Virus record (IMG/VR): IMGVR_UViG_3300005731_000180
Location: 3,663 to 67,662 of that record
Origin: a virus
Direction: 5' to 3' (one strand)
Length of the DNA stretch: 64,000 bases
Shown one piece after another: positions 27,919 through 37,016 of the stretch. Positions within the stretch are counted from its first letter, which is position 1, and the number at the start of each line of letters is the position of its first letter. Made by a program: the position numbers and the translations under genes. The notes beneath the pieces are model-generated. The model did not search any database. It saw only the letters and a program-made list of their open reading frames with translations, and was not told where the DNA came from.

Positions 27919-28233
27919 ATGACAAAATCAAAGCACAGAGTTTACCCAAAAGATAACGAAGAGAAACTAAAAGAAGCTAACAGAGAGTTAAGGGCTAAGG
28001 TCAAAAAGCTCACTAAGTTGGTTAAGAAACTAAATGACGAGAAAGAGCAGCTAGAGCGAACATTTGGACGAAACATTGCACAAATCGACAGACTTACTGA
28101 AAGTTTATCTGTGGAGGAGACAATTGAAGTTGCTAATGGGAGAGTTCTGGAACCTAAGACTAAAGAATCTGTCATTGCTGATATGAAACAAAGATTTGGA
28201 GGAAATAATGCAAAAACTTCTGACAAGAATTAA
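27919..28233 (+). CDS. coiled-coil protein
   Basis: SD gggag; heptad-like K/E/L stretch. Confidence 0.6.
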   Translation: MTKSKHRVYPKDNEEKLKEANRELRAKVKKLTKLVKKLNDEKEQLERTFGRNIAQIDRLTESLSVEETIEVANGRVLEPKTKESVIADMKQRFGGNNAKTSDKN

Positions 28234-28534
28234 GGACTTTTATAGGGACTTGCTAAGGCCAGTACGTAACAAGTTCTTACAGATATACCTTCATAAGCCA
28301 GTAATTGTTTACTTAAATACACCTGGTTGCGAAGATGGAGGAATATACGTTGTAGACGACTATAGCGGATTGGACAACATGCTGAAACTGATTCCAGACT
28401 CAGAAGAAGATTCCATGTTTGAGGTTCCAATTCTAGTTAAACCGTACCACGTACAAGTTTACTCACTGGACAAAAAGCAATTCCTAGCTTTGAGTTTGTT
28501 AAATATAATGGCCAAGATTGGTGGTAGGTTTTAA
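28196..28534 (+). CDS. hypothetical protein
   Basis: ORF in operon. Confidence 0.5.
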   Translation: MEEIMQKLLTRIKDFYRDLLRPVRNKFLQIYLHKPVIVYLNTPGCEDGGIYVVDDYSGLDNMLKLIPDSEEDSMFEVPILVKPYHVQVYSLDKKQFLALSLLNIMAKIGGRF

Positions 28535-28917
28535 TGGATAAGAAGTGGAAATCAAAGATCATCAACGCTCTTAGGAAGTTATCCTTCTCCTATCCTCCAC
28601 GTAACGAGGCCAAGAAGAAACGTAAGGTAGCTCCTGCTATTTACAGTTGTGCTATTTGCGAAGTTCACTGCTACGATGGGAAGTCAGAAAAGGCTTACGA
28701 GAAGCACAAGGAAACGTATCCAGACTTGGTGTACGGAATCGTGCTGGATCACATCGAGCCAGTAGTCGATCTTAAAAAGGGATTTGGAAATTGGAACGAA
28801 TTCATGGAAGGATTATTCTGCGACGAGGAAAACTTCCAAGCAATTTGTAACCAATGTCACGATATAAAGACGAAAAAGGAAAACGAAGAGAGGGTACTCT
28901 CAAGGAGAAAAAAGTGA
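28534..28917 (+). CDS. HNH endonuclease
   Basis: CAIC, LDHIEPVV, ENFQAICNQCHDIKT. Confidence 0.85.
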   Translation: MDKKWKSKIINALRKLSFSYPPRNEAKKKRKVAPAIYSCAICEVHCYDGKSEKAYEKHKETYPDLVYGIVLDHIEPVVDLKKGFGNWNEFMEGLFCDEENFQAICNQCHDIKTKKENEERVLSRRKK

Positions 28918-29636
28918 AAAAACTAGCTTTAAGACTTGGACTGATGACAGTAGTCGCACTTTTGCTAACAGTAGGCTCTGTAACAGTTTCATTTGTTATG
29001 CCTCAAGTTGTAGAAAATTACGTAAGAGCGAATGTTGGAACTGAGGTGGTTAAAATTGTTGGAGTAGGCGGTACTGGCTCAGGGTTCTACATTAAATACA
29101 AAGACAAGAACCTAATTGTAACTAATAAGCATGTATGTCAGCTTAAGACTCCAGATGACCAATTATGGACAATCGACTACGGTAAAGATACAAAAGTTAT
29201 AAGAAAAGTTTTAATTCTCTCAGAAGAACATGATTTATGTTTACTAACTGGAGATGAAAACAACCATGGACTATCTGTTTCTGATAAACAAATGGAAGTT
29301 GGAACTAAGAGTTACTTAGTAGGTCATCCTACAGGACAACCTTTGACGGTATCTTACGGTACATACATAGGAGATAAAACAATCTCAATGCCTGTGCCTA
29401 CACCTATTAATACTAAATACGGTATTGTTTACCTTCCGTTTCTGACAGACTTTGAAACTAACCAATTTCATCAATACGCTAGACCTGGTAGTTCTGGTTC
29501 TCCAATCACGGACATTTACGGAAATGTAGTTGCTGTTTTATTTGCAGGTATTAATAACGATAGCTTCAAGTCTTTTGGAGTACCGTCAAGATTTCTAGTA
29601 AACCTAATTAAAAAATATGACGAACAAACTAGATAA
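28914..29636 (+). CDS. membrane-anchored trypsin-like serine protease
   Basis: GTGSGF, TNKHV (His), HDL (Asp), PGSSGSP (Ser); N-terminal TM; GTG start 28914 after SD aggag. Confidence 0.85.
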   Translation: MKKLALRLGLMTVVALLLTVGSVTVSFVMPQVVENYVRANVGTEVVKIVGVGGTGSGFYIKYKDKNLIVTNKHVCQLKTPDDQLWTIDYGKDTKVIRKVLILSEEHDLCLLTGDENNHGLSVSDKQMEVGTKSYLVGHPTGQPLTVSYGTYIGDKTISMPVPTPINTKYGIVYLPFLTDFETNQFHQYARPGSSGSPITDIYGNVVAVLFAGINNDSFKSFGVPSRFLVNLIKKYDEQTR

Positions 29637-30006
29637 AGAATACTTACAACAGTTCCTCGACGATAATACAGTCGAGGAGCTTATTCAGGAAAGCGGTAAA
29701 GGCGAATTTAAAGACCCTACCGTAATCAAGTTCTGTCAATCCTACTCCCTCAAATCAGGGGAAATCAGGGTGCCAAGTTGGTTGATCTACATGGTGTATC
29801 GTTCTCGATTTACCAGAGTAGGTAACGCTTTTAAGGTAAAACCTGTGGCATTTTTCCGAACATTTAAAAAGCTGTTCACACAAACACGATCTGGCAACCA
29901 GAGGTATTACTTACTAAATACCGACTTTAACTTGGAACCTGAAGATTGGGATAACTTCAAATACTACTACAGGATGTATTACATAAAAAAAGTGGACAAG
30001 GAATAA
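29617..30006 (+). CDS. hypothetical protein, possible winged-helix DNA-binding domain
   Basis: IY.VY......K..AFFRTF.K.F...RSG..RYY pattern. Confidence 0.5.
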   Translation: MTNKLDKEYLQQFLDDNTVEELIQESGKGEFKDPTVIKFCQSYSLKSGEIRVPSWLIYMVYRSRFTRVGNAFKVKPVAFFRTFKKLFTQTRSGNQRYYLLNTDFNLEPEDWDNFKYYYRMYYIKKVDKE

Positions 30007-30021
30007 TTACTGTGGTATAAT
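29993..30021 (+). promoter_or_regulatory. sigma70-type promoter
   Basis: TGGACA-N17-TATAAT with extended -10 TG. Confidence 0.7.
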
Positions 30022-30027
30022 CCCAAA

Positions 30028-30873
30028 GTGTTACTACTTTCAGCTAAGGATTCTCTTATTATTATGTCAAATAGTCGAGAAAAAGAAAAACATTCATCGT
30101 TAATGAAAAAATACACACTCAAGTCACGACAAGAGTTGATAGACTTTGACTATCTAGATCAACTTAGTGATAGTGAGTTGGATTTCCTTAATCAGTTCAT
30201 TGCAGAAACCGTACACACGTCTTTCTCTAACAACCCTGAGATTAAAAGGCTCACAGAGATCATCACGTCCATTGTGGAGTGTCCTGACGTAAAAGACATA
30301 GCTAGAGAAGTAAGTATTTTAAAGCAGCTTAAAAAGGATTCTAAGACCTCTGAGGAGGAAGCTAATATTGGTAAGAAAATAAAAGAACTTACTGAGGAAA
30401 AGCGTGTCCTAATGGTAAAGAATAAGCGAGTAAATAGGGATATTATCCAAGACCTAGAGAACCAGATTCAAGAGATTAGGAACCAGACTCTATTGTATCC
30501 TAATAAAGAAGATCATAAAGAGTTTTACAACGCTAATAACGACCGTAATGCCGACATTTATAACTTGGCAGCTAGAACTAAATCCCTATTCCAACTGGAA
30601 CCACAGCAATTCGACACATATTATTCCAATTCAATGAAAGTGGACTACGAGCTATATCGTATAGATTCGATGGAAAGAGCTGAAATCGAAGAACTAGAGG
30701 CCTTAGTTTACGAAAAGCTAAGGACTATAAACACAAGCGATAGTAAGCGTCTTATGAGAAAGTTGGACAGATGCCACAATCACGAGGATGTGGCACAGAT
30801 GTTGGGTGAAATATGTGAGGAATACGAAGTCCGACTAAAAGCATTAGATTGGACTTTTAAGAGGTCTAATTAA
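30028..30873 (+). CDS. hypothetical helical protein, last gene of the + arm
   Basis: Has its own promoter; start may be downstream ATG 30064. Confidence 0.65.
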   Translation: MLLLSAKDSLIIMSNSREKEKHSSLMKKYTLKSRQELIDFDYLDQLSDSELDFLNQFIAETVHTSFSNNPEIKRLTEIITSIVECPDVKDIAREVSILKQLKKDSKTSEEEANIGKKIKELTEEKRVLMVKNKRVNRDIIQDLENQIQEIRNQTLLYPNKEDHKEFYNANNDRNADIYNLAARTKSLFQLEPQQFDTYYSNSMKVDYELYRIDSMERAEIEELEALVYEKLRTINTSDSKRLMRKLDRCHNHEDVAQMLGEICEEYEVRLKALDWTFKRSN

Positions 30874-31225
30874 TTGTCTGTGTTATTTTAAGGATTGTGT
30901 AGATAGTACCTGCTACTACTGAAACAATACCTAATACCTTGGAAATATCGGTAACGTAAGAAGTGAATACTTCTCTTTTCTTTTTCTTCTCTTCACGAAT
31001 AGATTTTCTTATTAAGTGATCCTGTGTCATCTCTTTTAACTGCGGAACAAGGTCTTCCAATTGATCTATGATCTTCTGATCCCCTGCAATATGTTCCTGG
31101 ACAAGCTCGATATGATCCTCATATTTACGTGCCATATTCTTAAACTCCGACTCCAGACCAATAACTTTGTCCGAAGTTTTGTCAAGCTTATCTTCCATTC
31201 TGTTAAATCTTTCCTCACTTATCAT
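30866..31225 (-). CDS. coiled coil plus C-terminal TM protein (possible lysis gene)
   Basis: SD gagga; TM VLGIVSVVAGTIYTIL. Confidence 0.55.
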   Translation of the reverse strand: MISEERFNRMEDKLDKTSDKVIGLESEFKNMARKYEDHIELVQEHIAGDQKIIDQLEDLVPQLKEMTQDHLIRKSIREEKKKKREVFTSYVTDISKVLGIVSVVAGTIYTILKITQTIN

Positions 31226-31250
31226 CGTTCCTCCGTGAAACTAATAGAAT

Positions 31251-33215
31251 TTACTCTTTGTCTTTCGTGTCCAAGTCCAAAATTCCTCTAAGGTCTTGTC
31301 TAAATGCTGGCTGCTGTGTGATAGCGTGCATCCTAATGGCTTTTTGAACTGGATCGTCCATCTTTGAAATATCCTGTATTACTTTTGAAAATCTCATTTT
31401 CCCAGCGTTCTCTAGTGCTTTTCCAAGCGACTCTAAAGATTTACTATCAGTATTCTGCATCCACTTAGACATAGATGATACCATTGCTTGAGCTTCTGTA
31501 GAACCTTTTCCGACCATTTCACGTACTGATTTCGATAACTCTGTAATAGGTCTAGCTGCTTGTTTAGCTTTACCAGTAACCTTTCCTGCTGTAGTTAGTC
31601 CAACTGCTGCTGCACCTCTAGGGAATGTAGTAAAGAAACCTGCACCTTGCGGATTTAAGTATTGGAGAACCTGCACACCTGCGTTAATCTCTTTGATTTG
31701 ACTTCTAATCTCATCTGCGAATTTTCCAAGTCCTGATTCGTTAAGTAGGTCACTGATTTCTTTCTCACTCATCATTGCAGAAATATCGTAAGTTTCGTCA
31801 GATAATTTCTTGATTAAAGCCTCTCCAGCTTTTGCTTTCTCTGCACCTTTGATCTTAACTCGTCCCGACATTGTAGAAGTACCTGCGTATGCTTCTAAGT
31901 CAGATAGTGCGCTATATTTGTCTTTGTTGCGGAGGAATTCATTAACTCTATCTGGATATTTCTTTGTTAACTGTTCGATAACCTCGTCGTCCACGATATT
32001 GTCAATTCTCTTTGAGAAGTCTCTCATAATCGCAAGTAGTTCTTTATCTTTGATATCTTCAGCACCGTCAATAAAGTTAGTCGTCATTGCCTTAAGTTCG
32101 TCTGATATTTTAGAGGCCTTTTTAAGATCAAGAGCCGATAGGTCTGCGTTTTGTGTCTTAATTGACTTAAGATAATCCGCTACCTTTTTAAAGTCTTTTG
32201 CTGTTTTGGAAGTAGATGAAGGAAGATTACTTCTGAACTTCTCTAATACGTCGTCGATTTCACCAAAAGCTGTGTCTAGTTTTACTTCAGCTTGTTCTGT
32301 AGCAAGTTTACGTAGTCCACCTATTTGCTGACCAATTTCAGTTCTACTTTTTCTAACTGTATTTACGATATTATCTGCTAAACCTTTGGCTCTACCTTGG
32401 ACTTCTTTTGAAATACCTTTAATCCCACCTGAACCTGGTCTCATTGCTCTTGTGAACATTTTCTTAGCGGCAGTTAATGGATCAGCTTCTTTAGAAATAG
32501 CTTCAACTTCTTCTTTTAAAAACTTGGCACCTTTTCCGACACCTGGCACAGACTTTAATAATTTCCCTGCTCCTAGACCTAGACCTGCTGATAGTGTTCC
32601 TATTTGGGCACCTTCTGACAGTTCTTTCATTGTACCTTCGATATCGCCTTCTAGTAGCCTAGCATCTCCTCTAGACGCTTCTGAAGCAGCACCTTCCAAT
32701 GCTCCAACTCCAAGTACTTTAGCTACCTCTCCTGCTTTTGTGGCAGCTTTTCCAGTAACACCTAATGCTTTTGCTGGTAGTGCCATTTGTGCTAACTCAG
32801 AAGTAATTCCACCTGTTGTAGCTGCGATTGGACTTCTTTCTCTAGCTTCTTCTGCTGATTTTTGAATTGACTCCTTTCCGCCGTAGTAACCTTCTTTGAA
32901 AGTTTCCCAAGCTGAACCTGGTGTCTTCTCTTTTACATCAAAACCTTCTGCTCTAAGCTTTTTATCCACATCCGATTCTGGTGCAATATATTTGGAAAGT
33001 AAATCGTAAACTCCTGAAGAGATACCTCCAGCAACTCTACCTACTGTAGTATCTGCCATTCCTGTTAAAAAGTCTTGTGCAGTTTCCACAGCTCCACCGT
33101 CTTGCGGTGCAGCAGCTTCAGCTCCGACTTCTTCCCAAGATTCTGTATCTTCCCAAGTTGGAGTTTGGTCAACTGTTTCCCAATTTTCTGTGTCTTCCCA
33201 TTTTGGATCAGCCAT
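31251..33215 (-). CDS. putative DNA ejection / internal virion protein
   Basis: N-terminal WEDTE.WE.V repeat, Ala/Gly-rich helices, end of tail module. Confidence 0.6.
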   Translation of the reverse strand: MADPKWEDTENWETVDQTPTWEDTESWEEVGAEAAAPQDGGAVETAQDFLTGMADTTVGRVAGGISSGVYDLLSKYIAPESDVDKKLRAEGFDVKEKTPGSAWETFKEGYYGGKESIQKSAEEARERSPIAATTGGITSELAQMALPAKALGVTGKAATKAGEVAKVLGVGALEGAASEASRGDARLLEGDIEGTMKELSEGAQIGTLSAGLGLGAGKLLKSVPGVGKGAKFLKEEVEAISKEADPLTAAKKMFTRAMRPGSGGIKGISKEVQGRAKGLADNIVNTVRKSRTEIGQQIGGLRKLATEQAEVKLDTAFGEIDDVLEKFRSNLPSSTSKTAKDFKKVADYLKSIKTQNADLSALDLKKASKISDELKAMTTNFIDGAEDIKDKELLAIMRDFSKRIDNIVDDEVIEQLTKKYPDRVNEFLRNKDKYSALSDLEAYAGTSTMSGRVKIKGAEKAKAGEALIKKLSDETYDISAMMSEKEISDLLNESGLGKFADEIRSQIKEINAGVQVLQYLNPQGAGFFTTFPRGAAAVGLTTAGKVTGKAKQAARPITELSKSVREMVGKGSTEAQAMVSSMSKWMQNTDSKSLESLGKALENAGKMRFSKVIQDISKMDDPVQKAIRMHAITQQPAFRQDLRGILDLDTKDKE

Positions 33216-33223
33216 ATTATTTC

Positions 33224-34624
33224 CTATTCGTATCTTAAAAATTTCTTTGTGTCTGCGTCAAATACTGCAACTCTTCCAGATTTAGGGTCTCTTTTTCTGA
33301 CTTCGTTTACAGCCTTTTCTTCTTTAGGTTGCTTGTCAACATTCCCTTTAAAGTCTTTTAGAGTACCTTTGCTTTCGTATTCTTTTATTGCTCTTTCTTT
33401 TTGTTCTGCTCTCTTTTTAACATCACTGATAAATGACTTTATACGCTTGATATTCTCTTCAGCTCCAAGTTTCGGGTTAAAGCTTCTTTCTAAGAATTGC
33501 TTCCCTTCTTTCTCAGTAAACTGTGCACCTAATGTCTTTCTTAAGTCTTGTTGGATAATTTGTTCAAGTCTATCTTTTACATCTTGAAGTCTTGGATTAA
33601 CTACCGAACGTACCCAATCAATTCCACCTGACGTTTCTACTAGTTTGTCCAATGGCCCTGTGAACATATCTTTGTTGTCGCTGATATCTTTTAGAACTTC
33701 GTCAAGTCTTCCAATATCACCTTGGGCTTGAGCGAATCCCCCACCTGCAACGTAATCAGCATAGTCTTTGGCAAACGCTTTATCAACTGCTTTCTGTCCT
33801 TCTGTGAGACCTTGAGACTTCTCAGCAGCTTTAGCGATAGTCTGTTCCAACTTAGCTTCTCTATCCTGTTGTGCGAGTTCTCTTTTAAGTTGTCTATCTT
33901 TTTCTTTTTCAGATAAATCTGTTTTCTCTTTTTCTTCTGCACGTGCCATAGAAAGTTGATTAAGTAATCTACCGTATGCTGTTTGCTGGTCTTCTTTAGC
34001 TTGTCTAGCAAACTCTGGTGACTTAACTTGGACTTGCTTTAGCATTTCCATTGGAGTTCTAGCTGCACGTGAAGCAGCAGCTTGGTCATACTTACCTAGC
34101 GACTGGTTTAATGTATTTAGGAATCCGAGTAAGGCATCTTTCTTTCTTGCAGACTCTGAATCACCTTTACTACCTTCTTGTAATTCTTTTATTTGAGCAA
34201 GAATATCTTCGTATGGACTTTTAGCTTCCTCTTTTTTCTGTGCAAGTTTTTCCTTTACCGCAGATTTTACAGACTCTGGTTTAGCTTGGTCGATTTGTTT
34301 GGCAAGTCTGTCAGCTTCCGATACTTCCTCAACTTCTTGCTGTGCCATTTGGTTTAGCATGTTAGCTTCTTGTGCATTTGCTGAAGGCTCAGAAGGCATC
34401 CTAGACATTATCTTTTTGGACATTCTTGGTTGTTCTTTTTGTCCAAGTAATTCTTCTAAAACTGGACTACCTGATTCTTGTTTAGGTTCTTCTGGCATGA
34501 TCTGAGGATTCATAATCGCAGAAATATCGTCCTCCTGTTGTGGAGTAAGAACTGAATTCATGTCCTCTTCTTTCGGTCTCATTATCCCGACAGTGTTGAG
34601 TAAATCTTTTAGTTTATCGACCAT
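33224..34624 (-). CDS. putative ejection protein
   Basis: Helical; LTEGQKAVDKAFAKDY..Y..GG and LR.TLGAQFTEKEG blocks; position. Confidence 0.55.
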   Translation of the reverse strand: MVDKLKDLLNTVGIMRPKEEDMNSVLTPQQEDDISAIMNPQIMPEEPKQESGSPVLEELLGQKEQPRMSKKIMSRMPSEPSANAQEANMLNQMAQQEVEEVSEADRLAKQIDQAKPESVKSAVKEKLAQKKEEAKSPYEDILAQIKELQEGSKGDSESARKKDALLGFLNTLNQSLGKYDQAAASRAARTPMEMLKQVQVKSPEFARQAKEDQQTAYGRLLNQLSMARAEEKEKTDLSEKEKDRQLKRELAQQDREAKLEQTIAKAAEKSQGLTEGQKAVDKAFAKDYADYVAGGGFAQAQGDIGRLDEVLKDISDNKDMFTGPLDKLVETSGGIDWVRSVVNPRLQDVKDRLEQIIQQDLRKTLGAQFTEKEGKQFLERSFNPKLGAEENIKRIKSFISDVKKRAEQKERAIKEYESKGTLKDFKGNVDKQPKEEKAVNEVRKRDPKSGRVAVFDADTKKFLRYE

Positions 34625-34632
34625 AATTTATC

Positions 34633-35148
34633 CTATATTAATTCGTTACAATTTTTTGCTTTATCTAATTTATTTTGAAATATTTGTTTTAGTTGTCCAA
34701 CAGTTCTATCACCTATCAACCTTCTGTTATGCTGATATTCTTTTTGGAACTTGTCCTTAACTACAGTTTCATCACTAGTTGTTAAGAATCTATAACCACT
34801 TGGAATTCCAAAGAAATGTAAAATATACAGATTACGGTAAGTTACAGGTAGTCCTTTACGCTTTAAATAGTTGGAATGTTCTTTAGTTAGCAAGGCAGCT
34901 AACTTAGTGTTTAGCTTAGGTGAAAATACGTCACCAGAGAGCTTATATCGCCTTTTAAGAGCTTCTTCTGTAGGTCTGGTAACTTGGTATAACCCCTTAG
35001 CTTTAGTGGCTTTATTTACGGCTTTTGGATTCCAATTAGACTCGATTTTGGCAATCTTGCACATATAATCAGGCTCCACTCCAACTGAAGTGGAAACCTG
35101 TTGTACTACTGTTACTAGTGAAAATAGTGCTGTAAAAAGTATTGCCAT
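34633..35148 (-). CDS. lytic transglycosylase (SLT/lysozyme-like) with N-terminal hydrophobic anchor
   Basis: IAKIESNWNPKA, AKGLYQ, LY..HFFG. Confidence 0.85.
   Translation of the reverse strand: MAILFTALFSLVTVVQQVSTSVGVEPDYMCKIAKIESNWNPKAVNKATKAKGLYQVTRPTEEALKRRYKLSGDVFSPKLNTKLAALLTKEHSNYLKRKGLPVTYRNLYILHFFGIPSGYRFLTTSDETVVKDKFQKEYQHNRRLIGDRTVGQLKQIFQNKLDKAKNCNELI
34776..34796 (-). promoter_or_regulatory. candidate late promoter, internal to SLT gene
   Basis: + strand TAGTTGTTAA-N7-TAAC. Confidence 0.55.
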
Positions 35149-36677
35149 TATTTCTTGCTACCTACCATTTGGAGAAGCTTTCTCAGTCCGTCTAGTTCTG
35201 CCTTAGCATCTGCTCCATCTTTTAGCATTTCTTTGTTTCTGTCCTGCATCATAACAGTATTAACTGATTCTCCAGAGTTAATTCTATCTGGAAGTAAATC
35301 CCCTGAGTAAGAGTCACCTTCGATAATTCGTCCTTCTTCCATTTCTTCAGGACTTCTAAGGCCACGTAAAACTTCTAATAGTTCGTCTTGTGCATTATCG
35401 TTTACCGCAAGTTCTCCGTTGTCGATAGCTTCGTCTACTCTTCCACCATCTGCCATTCTCTCAGAACTTTCTATCATCTGCTCCTCGATACCACCATTCG
35501 CATACATATCACGTTCTTCGTGTGTCATTGGATGGATAAGGTCGTTAACGTCAGATTCAGCTTGTCCAGAAGCTCCTGCAAACTCACCAGGTTGGATACC
35601 TTCCATAACCTCTTCGTCTTTCATTTCCGACTTTTTAGTAAGCTCACTTAAAGCTTGTAGTGCTTGAATGAACTCCGCAGGTACTTCCTTATTATTATAC
35701 ATGTTCTCTGTTTCCTTGTCAATATCTTCTGCTAACCCACCGTTTTCGTATTTAACTCCACCATTATTCATATAGCTTGCACCTGCTGTTGCTGCTCCTA
35801 GAAGAAGTCCTCTAGTTCCTGCCGCTTCTGCTTGTGCTGCCTGAGCTTGTGACTGTGCCTGTTGTCCATAAGCTTGTGCTACATTTCCCATTGCACTTTG
35901 CATACCAGTAGCTTTTTGTAACTGATTCTGGTATTGCTGTTGGATTAATCCTTTATTAGCTGCTTGTTGTTGGTTTAACGTAGATGCTCTTTGATTTTCA
36001 ATAGCCTGTCTCTGAGCAAGGTTAGCTTGTTGGGCTTGTGCTCTTTGCATTGCGTTAAATTGGTTAATAGCATCTCTAGCTTTTGCTGCTGAACTTTGTT
36101 CTTGGAATTGCTGACCTCTGAAGGCTCCAGCTTGTTGTCCAAGTTGAGAAAGTGCTGCCCTTCTCGCTTGCGCTTGTTGGATTGCCAATCTGTCAGCTCC
36201 CTCTGCTGCTCTACTTGCAGAAGCTTGCGAACTTGCCAATCTAGCTGCTAATTCCTGACCTCCACCAGATACACCTCTTTGTGCCATGTCTGATAAGATG
36301 GATTGCTGTCTTGCTTTTTCTTCTGCTCCGACTTGTCTTTGCAATTGTCTCATAGCAGCTCTATCTTCCTCACTAAATCCCTTTTCTGAAAGTTCTTTAA
36401 GTTGAGTTAGAGCAGACCTTTGAGCTTCTTCCGACTGTGCATCAGGAGCAATATCCGCAAGTGATGTGTCACCTAGTTGTTCTGCTTGTTGCAGACCTAC
36501 TAATTGTGGGATTTCGAGAGCTAGTTTTTGTTTTTCAATATCAGGAATTTGGAGCTTGTCCAGTTCTTCCATAGCTCTCTTATACATCTGCATTTGAGAC
36601 GCTGCTGCTCCTGCTCCTGCATTTGGGTCTGCTGTCAGTCCTAGAGCTTGAGTTGCACCACTCACTAATTTACCCAT
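35148..36677 (-). CDS. putative pilot/ejection protein
   Basis: Gln/Ala-rich helical body; xxNGG/MADGG motifs; GD..P.RINSGE.V C-terminus. Confidence 0.6.
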   Translation of the reverse strand: MGKLVSGATQALGLTADPNAGAGAAASQMQMYKRAMEELDKLQIPDIEKQKLALEIPQLVGLQQAEQLGDTSLADIAPDAQSEEAQRSALTQLKELSEKGFSEEDRAAMRQLQRQVGAEEKARQQSILSDMAQRGVSGGGQELAARLASSQASASRAAEGADRLAIQQAQARRAALSQLGQQAGAFRGQQFQEQSSAAKARDAINQFNAMQRAQAQQANLAQRQAIENQRASTLNQQQAANKGLIQQQYQNQLQKATGMQSAMGNVAQAYGQQAQSQAQAAQAEAAGTRGLLLGAATAGASYMNNGGVKYENGGLAEDIDKETENMYNNKEVPAEFIQALQALSELTKKSEMKDEEVMEGIQPGEFAGASGQAESDVNDLIHPMTHEERDMYANGGIEEQMIESSERMADGGRVDEAIDNGELAVNDNAQDELLEVLRGLRSPEEMEEGRIIEGDSYSGDLLPDRINSGESVNTVMMQDRNKEMLKDGADAKAELDGLRKLLQMVGSKK

Positions 36678-36680
36678 TAT

Positions 36681-37016
36681 TTACTCCTTTAAGTCTTTAA
36701 TAAAATATGTTTGTTCGTCTGTTCCACTAATTATTTTATAACCGTTTGATTTAATAAATTGGACAGCTTCTTTATAGTTTAATGCGTTATTCGCTGCCGT
36801 ACACATTATCCCGATTTTTCCATTTAACCTTGCGATAGCTTCAATCTGTTTTCCAAATTGTGAACCTGCTTTAGTTCGTCTATAAGGTTTGGCGATAAAA
36901 AGGTCTACAATAAAAAGGTAATCTCCATCGAACTTGTAGCTGATAAATCCCTTATCATTCTCTATCGTAATAGCACCTTCTCTTTCTTCGACATATTGTG
37001 CGTAAAAGCTACTCAT
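36681..37016 (-). CDS. GNAT-fold acetyltransferase (virion module)
   Basis: FIVDLFI..PYRR..AGS, F..SNGYK. Confidence 0.7.
   Translation of the reverse strand: MSSFYAQYVEEREGAITIENDKGFISYKFDGDYLFIVDLFIAKPYRRTKAGSQFGKQIEAIARLNGKIGIMCTAANNALNYKEAVQFIKSNGYKIISGTDEQTYFIKDLKE

Noticed and set aside
33130-33205. WEDTE.WE.V tandem repeat as a non-coding repeat element
   Set aside because: A short in-frame protein repeat at the N-terminus of a putative ejection protein
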